Shown here: piece after piece, positions 29,824-40,766 of the stretch | Position numbering within the stretch: position 1 is the first letter of the stretch | How the letters are laid out: each line of letters opens with the position of its first letter | NCBI GenBank assembly: GCA_965262715.1 | Contig: OZ253553.1 | Location: 384,001 to 448,000, forward strand | From: Bdellovibrionales bacterium | GTDB taxonomy: Bacteria > Bdellovibrionota > Bdellovibrionia > Bdellovibrionales > JAUICD01 | Length of the DNA stretch: 64,000 nt | Direction: 5' to 3' | The notes under the pieces: model-generated | What the model saw: only the letters and a program-made list of their open reading frames with translations | Told to the model about the DNA's origin: nothing | Database searches by the model: none | Position numbers and translations under genes: made by a program

Positions 29824-32800
29824 TATGATGAGATATAAAGTTTTAAATAGCTTACAAACTCAGTTTAATAATAAAATTCGAGGCTCTGTTGTCTTTTTTA
29901 AAAACTTAAGAGGTAAGTCTTCGAATTTGATGTATCTCTTTATGATTTTTGTGGTCCCTATTTTTTTGATAGCCTTTCAAAACTGTAAAACCACTGGTTT
30001 GGACACGTCACTTTTAGATAGCGGTGAAGGGGTGAGTAATTATGATCGGGGCCATATTGTTCGAATAGATACTGAAACTGATGATTTTATAGAAGAGGGA
30101 CTTCTTCCTATCGATACAGATATAAAAATGAAGTTTATAAATGCTCATGAAGATGCTGATACTTATAGATGGACGATCAATAGAGGTTTTGATCCTATTG
30201 TGTCAGATGCTTCAACAAATGAAGAGACCTATACAACACAATTCTCTCAAGTTGGAGCTTATGATGTCTTTGCAGACTCGTATGAATCTGGAACGTTTCT
30301 GCGCTCAGCTAGTAAACGTTTTGTGGCTGGCCAGTCTTGCTCACTCACTGATATTTTAGAAATAGATCTGTATCAGGTTCTTTAAAAGTTGGTGAGTCTG
30401 CTACCTTTGGTTTAAGGTATAGTGGTGAGTTTTCTTCTACGAAATGGAAGGCAACGCTTCCTTCTGGAGAAGTAGAAGAAAAAACAGATGACGACAGTAC
30501 AGATGATGAAAATGAAGACTATAATACTTTAGAACTTTCATTTGAAAATGAAAGTTCAGGAGGTTTGGTGATTGAGGTTTCTGCCTCACATATTGATAGG
30601 AGTGAGTGTCTCACTTATAGAAAACAAAGCCTTAATGTTACTTCTACACTAAGACCTCACTTTAATCCTATAACCATTACAGATGGCACTGATGAAATAG
30701 CTGTGATGTTGGAAAACAATGACATTTATAAATATCCAAGACCAAGTGGTAACCAATATTTAGAGGTGGAAGTTCTCCATGGCCATACTTGTAATTATAA
30801 AGTTAATGAAGATGATAAAACTGAGTTTACTTGTAGTTCTGGATCGATAAATATCAGTTTAGATTCAGGTACAGCTTGCGATGAGTCCACTATAGAGCTT
30901 TGGGCATCTGGTGGTGAAGATGAAGAAGAATCAGAACAAGAAAAACGAACCTATTACAATTTCTGTCCAGAGGGTAGTGATTATTGCTATTTAGGACCTG
31001 GTGATGAAAGACAGAGCTATCATCTATGTTCTCGTGATATTGCTAGTGAAAGCTCAGAAGGTAATGTTGCAAGAACAAGCTTTGAGGTTGATCCAGCAAA
31101 TGGGAGATGTGGAGAAGCAGAAAATGCTTGTCAAATAGGTAACTTAACAGACCTTGCAGATACAGATACTCATTACAAATGGCAATGTGTAGGTATTGGT
31201 AGTGGCGCAACGGCAGATTGTGAAAAATTTATACCCATCAGTGGAGTTTGTGATAACTCTGTGAGAAATGGCTGTGGCGCAGGTGAGGCTAATGATGAGG
31301 CTATAGCAGATACAACCACTCATTACACATGGGCTTGTGAGGGACTGCATGATGGCAGTACAGCAAATGATTGTCAGATAAGAAAACCAATAAATGGAGT
31401 CTGTGATAACAGTCAAAGAAATGCTTGTTCTACTGGTGATTCTGATGATGCAGCTATAGTAGATACACCTACTCATTACAGATGGCATTGTAAAGGTTTA
31501 TATGAAGGTACGACAGCAACAGATTGTCAAAGAGAACTGCCTCCGCAACCTGTCAATGGAGTTTGTAATAATTCTAAAAGAAATGGTTGTTCTACTGGTG
31601 ATTCTAACGATGCAGTTATAGCAGATACAAATACCTATTACACATGGCACTGTGTAGGTCAGCACGGTGGCAGTACAGCAACAGGTTGTCAGATACGGAA
31701 ACCAATCAATGGAGTCTGTAACAATAACCAAAAATATAGTTGTTCTACAGGAACTTCCAATGCTTCAGCTATAGCAGATACATCTACTCTTTATAAATGG
31801 CATTGCGTAGGTAAACACGGTGGCAATACAGCAAGAAATTGTCAAAAAGCCATACCTGTCAATGGTGCTTGTGATAATTCTAAAAGAAATGGTTGTTCTA
31901 CTGGTGATTCTAACGATGCAGCTATAGTAGATACAAATACCTATTACAGATGGCACTGTGTAGGTCAGCACGGTGGCAGTACAGCAACAGGTTGTCAGAT
32001 ACGGAAACCAATCAATGGAGTCTGTAACAATAACCAAAAATATAGTTGTTCTACAGGAACTTCCAATGCTTCAGCTATCGCAGATACAAATACTTTTTAT
32101 AAATGGCATTGTGAGGGGCTGCATGGTGGTACAGCTGCAACAAACTGTCAGATAAGAAAGCCAATAAATGGAGCTTGTAATAATAGTCAAAGAAATGCTT
32201 GTTCTGCTGGTGATTCTGATGATGCAGCTGTAGCAGATACAGCTACTCTTTATAAATGGCACTGCGTAGGTGAACATGGTGGCACAACAGCAAGAAATTG
32301 TCAAAAAGCCATACCTATCAATGGAGTTTGTGATAACAATCAAAGAAATAGTTGTTCTGCTGGTACAGCTAATGATGCAGCTATCGCAGATACAAATACT
32401 CTTTATAAATGGCACTGTGTAGGCTTAAATGGTGGTACAACAGTAAGAAATTGCCAAAAAGCTATACCTATCAATGGAGTTTGTGATAATAGCAAACAAA
32501 ATGGCTGTACAACTGGCACTCCAAGTGATGCTGCGGCAGATGATACCAGCACTCATTATAAATGGTACTGTTTAGGCAGTAATGGAGGCACAATAGCAAC
32601 AGATTGTGAAAAAGCTAAACCTGTTAATGGAATTTGTGATAACACTAGAAGAAATGGTTGTTCTGCTGGTACAGCTAATGCTTCAGCTATCGCAGATACA
32701 AATACTCTTTATAAATGGCACTGCGAAGGTCTGCATGGTGGCGCGACAGTAACAGATTGTGAAAAAACAAGATCTACAGATGGTGCTTGTGATAATAGTA

Positions 32801-33393
32801 GGATTAATAGATGTCGGAATGGGACTACTTTAAATGATATAGATGATACGGATACTCTATACAAGTGGCAGTGTGTAGGCTTAAATGGAGGCAGAACACT
32901 TACTTGTTCAAAGTCTAAGGCAGATTGTTCATTCCATAAATACTTCTGTGATGAAGGCTCTGAAGAAGATACAGGTGAAGGTTCTCCAGTACCTCCTGTA
33001 CCTGAATCTGGAGAAGCAACCCATTACACATGTCCATGTGTAAGTGATGATCGTAAAGCAGTCGCTTCTTGTAGAACACTTAAAAAAACAGCATGGTGTG
33101 GTGGAGATGTTGGTGCCATTGAGGGAAAGGATGTTGACGTGTATCTTGTTCGTATCAATACATGTCTGATAGGTACACCTAGTGATATTACAGATACAGA
33201 AGATATGCATAAATGGAAGTGTGATTGGTATGAATCTGTAGCTTTTTGTTCTGTTGTTAAACATGCAGAGTGTAGGCCATCTTCTGTAAAACTTTGTAAT
33301 AATGGTGCAACACGCACTTCTTATAGTCAAGAGGCAGGTACATGGAACTGTGCAGGTGGTACAACTAGCGTTAGTTGTTCAAGAGACGAATAA
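29824..33393 (+). pseudogene. Large FQNC-type lipoprotein with PKD-like domain and ~12 Cys-rich 51-aa repeats; frameshift near 30355-30383
   Basis: IAFQNC lipobox; the frame of ORF 30565 is open back to ~30353 and overlaps the end of the first ORF; NGVCDNS..CS.G..DT.T.Y.WHC.G..GG repeats. Confidence 0.8.
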
Positions 33394-33563
33394 ATAAAAT
33401 AGCAGATATCCTTGATTAAGCTATTGAAAAATGGAACTCAAGTGTTGATAAGCAGATTTTTTAGACAAATGATTTCCATAATACTCTATAAAAAGAGGAT
33501 CTTTCTTACTCAAAATAAATAACTGACCTTAAGCGGGACACTTTAAGAAGTTGAAATCAAGTT

Positions 33564-33663
33564 TCAAGTATTTTTACACAATTTATATAGAAAAGCTCCA
33601 AGTTTATCTGCCTGTTTTGCTAAGTCAACGTGGCCTATCATATTCAATATAGCTTGAGCTTTT
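33564..33663 (-). pseudogene. 3' remnant of a second four-helix-bundle gene
   Basis: Translates AQAILNMIGHVDLAKQADKLGAFLYKLCKNT*, compared with AQTILTLVNHQKLIREADKLGAFLYKLCKNT in the 17195-17509 protein. Confidence 0.85.
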
Positions 33664-33667
33664 TCAT

Positions 33668-33945
33668 TCAAAATGAACTGGCCTCTTGAGGCGAGCCTCT
33701 CGAGGTTGATTTATTTTGAGTGAAACGAATTAGGTGCAAAAATTTAAAGCAGATCCCTGTTACCTGATACTGATGCCAGATTGCCGGACTGCCAGATCCC
33801 GGAATAGAGATGTTGTAAAATGCAAATATTTATTTTTGAGAGGGCTTCTAAATTTTCTAGGTATTAGCCATTTTTGAAAGCGACAAGCCTTCAGGCTAAT
33901 ACCAGAAAGTTACTAAAAGTGGATTTATTTTGAGTGAAACAAAGA
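33668..33945. repeat. Mosaic of family-A and family-C repeat modules
   Basis: 33790-33850 is the reverse complement of 6849-6912; TTCTAGGTATTAGCC/GGCTAATACCAGAAAG hairpin. Confidence 0.75.
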
Positions 33946-34052
33946 CAGCCAAAATACTAGTTTTTCAGAAGTATTGAAAAATACACCTGTTTATCTTTTT
34001 AGACCCTATTGAGATATTTTTAAAACCAAAATAAAATATAAAGAGAACACTT

Positions 34053-36272
34053 ATGTCAAACTTATGTTTTTACCTTCATAGATTGATTTTTTATAGTTTA
34101 AACGGGATGTTTTTACTACTTGTTAGCTGTGTGTCTATCTCTGATTCTGAATTTCAAAGTCAAAGCAGAGATGCTAGTGGTATATTATCTTTACCTGATG
34201 ATATTGAAGGGCTAGATAAGGAAAGTATTCAAAATTATTTACAAAAATTTTCTGAAAAGAATGAAGACATCTCTTCTCAATGGTGGGTGAACTATCAAAG
34301 GGCGAGACTATGGGAGGATAAAGATAATGAAAAGGCTTGTCTTGCATTTAAGGAGTTATCTGAGAAAAAAGACTTTCCTCTTCATAAATTAGCATCTATT
34401 AAAAAGAAGAGTGTTTGTCGTGTTACTGAAGATGATCTGATAGAGCTTAAACAAGTTTTAGAAAATAAAGAGGATAAATGGTTACATCATTTAGCGGCAG
34501 AGGTGGGAGCAGCTCAAGCCTTATATCTTTCTCTACCATCTTACTTATCCTACTTCCAATATAAGCTTTCTTATCATACACCGGTTTCTTCAAAGAAAAT
34601 AGACCTTTTAGAGCAATCTGTAGCTCATGCTCAAAATGCTAAAGATCAAGAACAAGAAGTATTATCATCTAAAAGACTTTATAAAGTAGCTCCGAGATTG
34701 ATGCCAAATAGTAAAATCTCTCCATTTAAATTGGCCTATGATTATAGAAAGGCTAGGCAATTTGATAAAGCTATTTCTATTTATAAATCTATTATAAGAA
34801 ATAATAAATCGTCTCTTTATGAAGTGTATCTATCTTTAAAACACTTGCGGACAGTCAGTAAACTTATGAATAATAAAAAAGATGTATTAAAATATTCTTT
34901 TCAAGTCTCACAAGTTACTAGGAACGGATTTTTACAAACTTTAAAGAGAAAACAAAATCGATGTCACAGAGAAAGGAGCAGGCTTTATCATGATGGTTCC
35001 CTGCTTTATGCAAAAACCTTATGGACACAAAACAAGAGGGCGCAAGCTCAAGAAGTACTACAAACCGCACAACAAAGCCTAAAAAAGTGTAGAACTTCAG
35101 GTCATATTTATTGGGTTTTAACTCAAATGAAAGAAGAGGCTAGGGACTTTGAGGGTGCTATTTCCTGGGCTCAAAAAGGTTTAGCAGTGGCAAGGTTTAA
35201 ATCGACCATCTGGAAAAAACTCAAGTGGAGGCTTGCGTGGAATTTTAGAAAGAAATTGGAATTTCAAGAAGCCATTGATCAGTTCAAAGAAATTGTTAAA
35301 ATAACTAAAGATGATTTCCTGCGTTCAAAATACACTTACTGGATGGCTCGAACTTTTGAAGACATGGGCAATAAATCACAAGCAGAGTTAGAATTTCAGA
35401 AACTCACTGAAACAAACGCTTTGGGTTATTATGGTCTTTTAGCTTATAGAAGCTTAAAAAAACCTATACCTGCTTTTAACAATCAACAAGATATAATTCC
35501 TAAACGCTTTCTAGCAAGCACATCTAAAACAACTATTATAGATGAAAATCTTGTGAATTGGTTAATTTCTGTAAATGAAAAAGAGCTTGCAAAGAATTAT
35601 TTAAGAACGAAAAAAGTGAAAATATCAAAAACAAGCGCAGAGATGAAAAATATCATTGATTATTTTTCTATTGTAGGGGATCACATTCAGGTATTTTCAT
35701 ATTTATCAAAACTTTCCTTTGACCCTAAAGATGAGGCATTTTCACAGCTTCTTTTTCCAACTCCTTATTTAAGGCAAATCACAGAACTTTCTTATAAATA
35801 CACTGTTCCAAAAGAGCTTATTTATTCTATTATTCGACAAGAGTCAGCATTTGATAGATATGCGCGTAGTCCAGCAGATGCTTTTGGTTTAATGCAGCTC
35901 CTTCCACGAGTGGCTCAAGAAACATCTGATTTGTCTGATGTGCCTTACTCTTCTGTAGAAGATTTATATCATCCAAAAACAAATTTATCTTTAGGTATTT
36001 TTCATTTGAGGCAATTGCTTGATAAATTTGATAACCAATTTATTATGGCAGTTGCTTCTTATAATGCCCCAGAAGAGGCTGTTAGAAATTGGGTTAAGCA
36101 TAGGTTCCATGACAACCCGGTAGAGTTTATTGAGGATATTCCTTATAGAGAGACAAGGCTTTATATAAAGCTCGTTATACGTAACTTGATATTTTACCAA
36201 AGTCTTTTTTCAGATAAAGAAATCTCCTTCCCTGAATGGTGTTTAAGCGGTTTACAATCTTTTAAATCTTAG
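34053..36272 (+). CDS. slt: Soluble lytic murein transglycosylase (TPR + SLT), lipoprotein
   Basis: IIRQESAF, AFGLMQL, ASYNA, IPYRETRLY; LVSC lipobox. Confidence 0.92.
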   Translation: MSNLCFYLHRLIFYSLNGMFLLLVSCVSISDSEFQSQSRDASGILSLPDDIEGLDKESIQNYLQKFSEKNEDISSQWWVNYQRARLWEDKDNEKACLAFKELSEKKDFPLHKLASIKKKSVCRVTEDDLIELKQVLENKEDKWLHHLAAEVGAAQALYLSLPSYLSYFQYKLSYHTPVSSKKIDLLEQSVAHAQNAKDQEQEVLSSKRLYKVAPRLMPNSKISPFKLAYDYRKARQFDKAISIYKSIIRNNKSSLYEVYLSLKHLRTVSKLMNNKKDVLKYSFQVSQVTRNGFLQTLKRKQNRCHRERSRLYHDGSLLYAKTLWTQNKRAQAQEVLQTAQQSLKKCRTSGHIYWVLTQMKEEARDFEGAISWAQKGLAVARFKSTIWKKLKWRLAWNFRKKLEFQEAIDQFKEIVKITKDDFLRSKYTYWMARTFEDMGNKSQAELEFQKLTETNALGYYGLLAYRSLKKPIPAFNNQQDIIPKRFLASTSKTTIIDENLVNWLISVNEKELAKNYLRTKKVKISKTSAEMKNIIDYFSIVGDHIQVFSYLSKLSFDPKDEAFSQLLFPTPYLRQITELSYKYTVPKELIYSIIRQESAFDRYARSPADAFGLMQLLPRVAQETSDLSDVPYSSVEDLYHPKTNLSLGIFHLRQLLDKFDNQFIMAVASYNAPEEAVRNWVKHRFHDNPVEFIEDIPYRETRLYIKLVIRNLIFYQSLFSDKEISFPEWCLSGLQSFKS

Positions 36273-36287
36273 CAAATAACAGGTTAT

Positions 36288-36652
36288 GGCCTTAATGGAA
36301 TGAATACGTCTCTTTCATTTTAGGCATCTAAATCTTTTGATGGATTATGTACCTTAAATGTTGTTAAGTTTTATAACTGTAATAGGTCTTGCTGCACAAA
36401 CATGTATGAGAGTTATGTAGGCACCTTCACTAGCAGTAGAGGGCCTCCGTGCCTTCTACCGCTTTCATTTTTTGATTTTATATAATCCTTTCTCCTAAGC
36501 CGCTAGCCTGAGGTGGCTCGCCACAACTAGATCAGATACCTACCATAACTTTCTAACATTTATATACCTGCTTTAAATCAATATTTGTGCAACAAAGCCA
36601 CTGTAATAATTAATTTAACAAGTAAGGGGGACAGATTCATTCCATTAAGGTC
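36288..36652. repeat. Inverted-repeat shell enclosing the MITE
   Basis: GGCCTTAATGGAATGAAT / ATTCATTCCATTAAGGTC. Confidence 0.7.
36385..36599. mobile_element. 215-bp MITE with IS903-like (IS5 family) ends and 9-bp TSD ACTGTAATA
   Basis: TIR GGTCTTGCTGCACAAA / TTTGTGCAACAAAGCC; ACTGTAATA at 36376-36384 and 36600-36608. Confidence 0.9.
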
Positions 36653-36714
36653 ACAAGAAAACATAAATAAAAAGCTTAAGATTATGCTAAAAACTATGGG
36701 TTTCTAGGTTCTTT

Positions 36715-36743
36715 TTGACTTTTTCCTGCTTTGCCTATACACT
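36715..36743 (+). promoter_or_regulatory. sigma70-type promoter of the TA operon
   Basis: TTGACT-N17-TACACT. Confidence 0.6.
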
Positions 36744-36829
36744 GAAAGTACAATAAAAATTTTAAAAAAGAGGTTAATTCATAAACAAACCTTTAAAAAA
36801 CTAAAAAACCTATATAGGAACAATATAGT

Positions 36830-37060
36830 ATGTCTACGGTTAAAAAAAAGATTTCTCTTACAGTGGATTATAAATTCTATGATGAACTCAAAAGGTTACA
36901 ACAAACTAAAGGTAAGTCGTCACTATCTTCTACCGTTTTAGAGCTAACAAAAGAAGCTTTAGAGCTTGAAGAAGATATTTACTTTGATAAAATTGCATCT
37001 CAAAGGGAGCGTGAAGGTACAATTTCTCATAAATCTATTTGGAAAAAAAGTAAATTATAA
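36830..37060 (+). CDS. Antitoxin (RHH/CopG-like)
   Basis: KKISLTVD...EALELEEDIYF...ISHKSIW; directly upstream of RelE. Confidence 0.85.
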   Translation: MSTVKKKISLTVDYKFYDELKRLQQTKGKSSLSSTVLELTKEALELEEDIYFDKIASQREREGTISHKSIWKKSKL

Positions 37061-37336
37061 ATGTGGAAAATCTCTTATAAACGTTCTGTTAAAAAAGATC
37101 TTAAAGAAATTCCCAAAAACATGAGAGATACTTTAGAGAAAGCGATTGAAACAAAGCTTATGGTCGATTCTATTCAATTCGGCTTTCCACTTAAAAAGAA
37201 TTTAAAAGAACTGATGAAACTACGAGTAGGAAATTATCGTATTGTTTATTCTGTTCAAAAGAAAACTATTATGGTCTTTGTTATTAAAATAGGACACAGA
37301 AAAGAAGTCTATAAAAAGGCTAGTAAATCTCAATAG
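37061..37336 (+). CDS. relE: RelE/ParE-family toxin
   Basis: WKISY...KKDLK...LRVGNYRIVY...IGHRKEVY. Confidence 0.92.
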   Translation: MWKISYKRSVKKDLKEIPKNMRDTLEKAIETKLMVDSIQFGFPLKKNLKELMKLRVGNYRIVYSVQKKTIMVFVIKIGHRKEVYKKASKSQ

Positions 37337-38143
37337 ATGTAAAATAAGGGAAAGGATTTCCTTAACATGATGTTAAACAACGGAGGGAGTCTCCCTAGTA
37401 AAATGCATCTTTCTTTCTAGGCAGTCAGCATTTTCTTGAAGGGGACACATCCCGTAACGTGAGCCTTCAGGCTGACTAGTAAATAATAACAGTTTCCCTA
37501 ACATAATGTAAGAGAATAAGGAGAGTCTCCCTACTAAAATGCATCTTTCTTTCTAGGCGATAACCATTTTCTGATGGAGCCATCAGGGTTATCGCCAGAA
37601 AGTAGCCAGAGTTAAAAGGTGTGTTGTTTTTTTAGAAAAAACAAGGAAAAAATCTTTGGAGCAATGACTTGATGTTTTAAGCTAAGCCTCGAAGTCCTCG
37701 AGTGATCGCTTGTGTAGCGATCACTCTGCGGAATATCTCGTCTTTAGCTTAAAACATCAATTCTCAAGCTGCTATGAAAAGATTTGGGTGATTTGTAAGG
37801 AGAAGGATATAGCAGAGAAGATGTAAAATAAGGGAAAGGATTTCCTTAACATGATGTTAAACAACGGAGGGAGTCTCTCTACTCAAAATAAACGGATTTT
37901 CTAGGCAGTCAGCATTTTCTTGAAGGGGACACATCCCGTAACGTGAGTCTTCAGGCTGACTAGTAAATAATAACAGTTTCCCTAACATAATGTAAGAGAA
38001 TGAGGAGAGTCTCCCTACTAAAATGCATCTTTCTTTCTAGGCGATAACCATTTTCTGATGGAGCCATCAGGGTTATCGCCAGAAAGTAGCCAGAGGCTAG
38101 ATGCATTTTAGTGAAACAGAGGCAGGTTTATTTTTAGGGAAAC
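37337..38143. repeat. Family-A array (reverse orientation): two ~275-bp units 484 bp apart with a family-B element (37645-37820) between them
   Basis: ATGTAAAATAAGGGAAAGGATTTCCTTAAC at 37337 and 37821; CTGATGGAGCCATCAG hairpin shared with the 23.7-25 kb array. Confidence 0.92.
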
Positions 38144-38300
38144 ATTGACTTTTAGGATTTTTTATATTAAGTTTAATCTTTAATTATTTAAGAAGTATTC
38201 TACTAATAATTGGGAGGCATAAGATGTATACTAAAGCATTGTACATTGTATCCAAATCACAAAGCCAATTTGTTTTACAGGTAGCTCTTTGTAATTTGAT

Positions 38301-40409
38301 ATGGTGCTTAATACATCGTGTTATCCTAATCCATCAACAACTAAATTACCAGTTCTAAATGAAGATTCTGTAAAACCAAACCCAGAAGATATCTCTACTG
38401 ATACGGGTATACCTTCAACTAGTTCTTCTGTCACAGAAGAAGCTTTAGTATCTGAAGGTCCAATAGGAGAGATCGCAAAAGATATTACATCAGATGATGT
38501 CAAAGGGTCTCTTGATGAAGAAGTTCCCCTACGGCTTGAATTTGAAGAATTTGTGGATGATCTTGCAGAAGATCCAAAGTCTGCTTTTCTTAAACAGATG
38601 TTTCTTTTAGATTATCAAGAAATTAAATATGCTTATTCTAATGATCCTCAAATGAGGCTTGAGATTTCTTTTTTTAGAGAGGCTCTTGTGAAGATCATGG
38701 AAACAGAATTTTATTTAACGTTGATTTTAGGACGAAGAACATTCAAACGGATATATTCTGAAATTCCATCTCATTATAAGGTGAATGGGCATAACTTTTA
38801 TGAAGGAGTGAGGCAATACCACGACCGTTTGCAACAAAACTTGGATCAAAGCTCTCTTGAAATAAAACAAGTAATGACAATCATACTCTTAGACACTGCT
38901 ATAAAACTTTCTTTAATTGAACAGAGAGAAAAGAATATAAAGCAAAGTATCTTAGATGCAGAAAATCCAGATCAGCATTTATTAGAGAAAATGCAACAAG
39001 TGATGAGAGATAAGAGTCAAATTTTTGCAAACGAATCTTGGGCGATGATTCTTTTTGAGGATGTTGAAGATCATAGAGGTAATACCCTACTTTTAAAAGA
39101 TATTATAATGAAAATTTATAAAGATCATTTATCATTAGGTGATATTGATCCAGAAGATGATTTGATAAATCTCTCAGAAAAAGCACAGGAATTCTTAGGT
39201 CACATTCATACAGAAATACAACCTTCATTACGTCAAGCATCTCAGCAAGTGCTTAAGATGATTTCAGGTAGAGTAAATCTTTACAGAGATAAGCGAACAA
39301 TTTTATTTGTACATAACTTAATCCAACAAGAAACTTTAAAACACTTGGAAGATATTCAAGATAATGATGCTTTAACTGTTTATAATGGGTTTATCAATCA
39401 AAGAAGTCGGCCCGTAACTGTTGGTGGTGTGGCTATAGCTGCTGGTCGTCTTTTAATATGTAATATGAGTAGAGTAGTGAGTGTATCATCTACTATTTTA
39501 ATTGCTACTGTGGGCCTTTTAGATTCAGTTTCTCTTAAACAAACATTTTATAGAGGGGCAATCTTTGGTTTAAATAATTATTTGCAGTATGACTTGTATG
39601 ATAATGCTGACTTCTCAGAATTTGTTGTAAATGCGTCTTTATCAGCTGTGGCTATGGCCTTCATGTGCTCAAAGTCAAGATCATTGCCTGTCACCAGTCT
39701 ATTCATGTCAAATCCAGTTTATACCAGAAGTTTATCGACAGTAATAAATTCATTTTCAAAAATGGATATAAGCCTTCAACAGTTAAGGGAAGGTGGTCGA
39801 CAGCTTTTAAAAAAACTAAAAGAAGGAGTGTTTGATGTCAATGCACTTCCATCAGCAATTGCTTCTTTAGCTACTTTTTACTTCATTGGACGTTTAGAAG
39901 AATGTGATGAAATACTGACTTTAGAATGTCATAAAAGGTGGGATGAAGAATTCGTGCTTTTACTGAGTATTACTTTTGTGGTAGAGTTTGTATTTGTATT
40001 TAAATCTTTAAATTCTGGAAAAGTATGGTTTTCTGATCAGCATTTCCAAGCTATGCAAGATATCGCAAGAACTGTGTTTGGAATTTCACTAGGTACACAA
40101 GCTGCTTTAAACCTTATCAATGGTAAAGATTTTTTTGATATTAACTATAGACTTGCATTTTTTGAAGTTATTTTCGGTTCATTAATTAGTCTGTCAACAA
40201 CTAAGTTTGTACTTCTTAAAATGGTTGATCCTTTTTCTGGTTGGTTGCAGAGGCAGGGAAGCTATTTTGGAAAACCATCAGCAACTTTTTTCTTAATGTT
40301 GTTAAAGAATATATTTGGTAATTATTTATATTTACAAATTGGACATGGCTTACTTGATGATGAACAAATAACTAATGATGAAGATAATGATAATCAAGAA
40401 GAGGAGTAA
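38301..40409 (+). CDS. Hypothetical membrane protein/lipoprotein; signal peptide possibly frameshifted (GGAGG + ATG at 38224)
   Basis: 702-aa ORF, LNTSC near start, several C-terminal hydrophobic helices. Confidence 0.7.
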   Translation: MVLNTSCYPNPSTTKLPVLNEDSVKPNPEDISTDTGIPSTSSSVTEEALVSEGPIGEIAKDITSDDVKGSLDEEVPLRLEFEEFVDDLAEDPKSAFLKQMFLLDYQEIKYAYSNDPQMRLEISFFREALVKIMETEFYLTLILGRRTFKRIYSEIPSHYKVNGHNFYEGVRQYHDRLQQNLDQSSLEIKQVMTIILLDTAIKLSLIEQREKNIKQSILDAENPDQHLLEKMQQVMRDKSQIFANESWAMILFEDVEDHRGNTLLLKDIIMKIYKDHLSLGDIDPEDDLINLSEKAQEFLGHIHTEIQPSLRQASQQVLKMISGRVNLYRDKRTILFVHNLIQQETLKHLEDIQDNDALTVYNGFINQRSRPVTVGGVAIAAGRLLICNMSRVVSVSSTILIATVGLLDSVSLKQTFYRGAIFGLNNYLQYDLYDNADFSEFVVNASLSAVAMAFMCSKSRSLPVTSLFMSNPVYTRSLSTVINSFSKMDISLQQLREGGRQLLKKLKEGVFDVNALPSAIASLATFYFIGRLEECDEILTLECHKRWDEEFVLLLSITFVVEFVFVFKSLNSGKVWFSDQHFQAMQDIARTVFGISLGTQAALNLINGKDFFDINYRLAFFEVIFGSLISLSTTKFVLLKMVDPFSGWLQRQGSYFGKPSATFFLMLLKNIFGNYLYLQIGHGLLDDEQITNDEDNDNQEEE

Positions 40410-40577
40410 AGGTTTTATCTTAAGCTAAATGTGAAACTATTTTCATAAATAAAACCTAGTCCTTTTGTTTAATTTTGAAATTTTAACAGCGTTTAATCAT
40501 CTTTCAGTTGATCTTTCTATTTCTATTTGGTTCTCTCTTTAAATTAAGGATTATTTAACAATCTTGAAATATTGAAA

Positions 40578-40766
40578 TTATTCTGTACTGCTTTCAGCAT
40601 TACTTTCAGCTTCTTCAATGGTTGTAATAGTTATCTGCTCTGTTTTGAGTTTTGTGAAAAAGTTAGTCTGAGCATTTATCATGATTTGTGAACGGCGTTC
40701 CATTTCAGAAGTAGAAAGTGTATCAAGTAAATGACTTACTTTTTTCAAAAATGATATGCTCATCAT
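40578..40766 (-). pseudogene. Orphan fragment of the zincin-family C-terminal domain
   Basis: LLDTLSTSEMERR matches FGTLSTSEMTRR / LDTLSISEMERR of paralogs. Confidence 0.7.

Noticed and set aside
31144..33330. Several minus-strand ORFs
   Set aside because: Antisense shadows of the Cys-rich repeat gene
37770..37826. Possible orphan gene end YEKIWVICKEKDIAEKM*
   Set aside because: Sequence is the flank of family B, homologous to 13445-13497, where the frame is not kept
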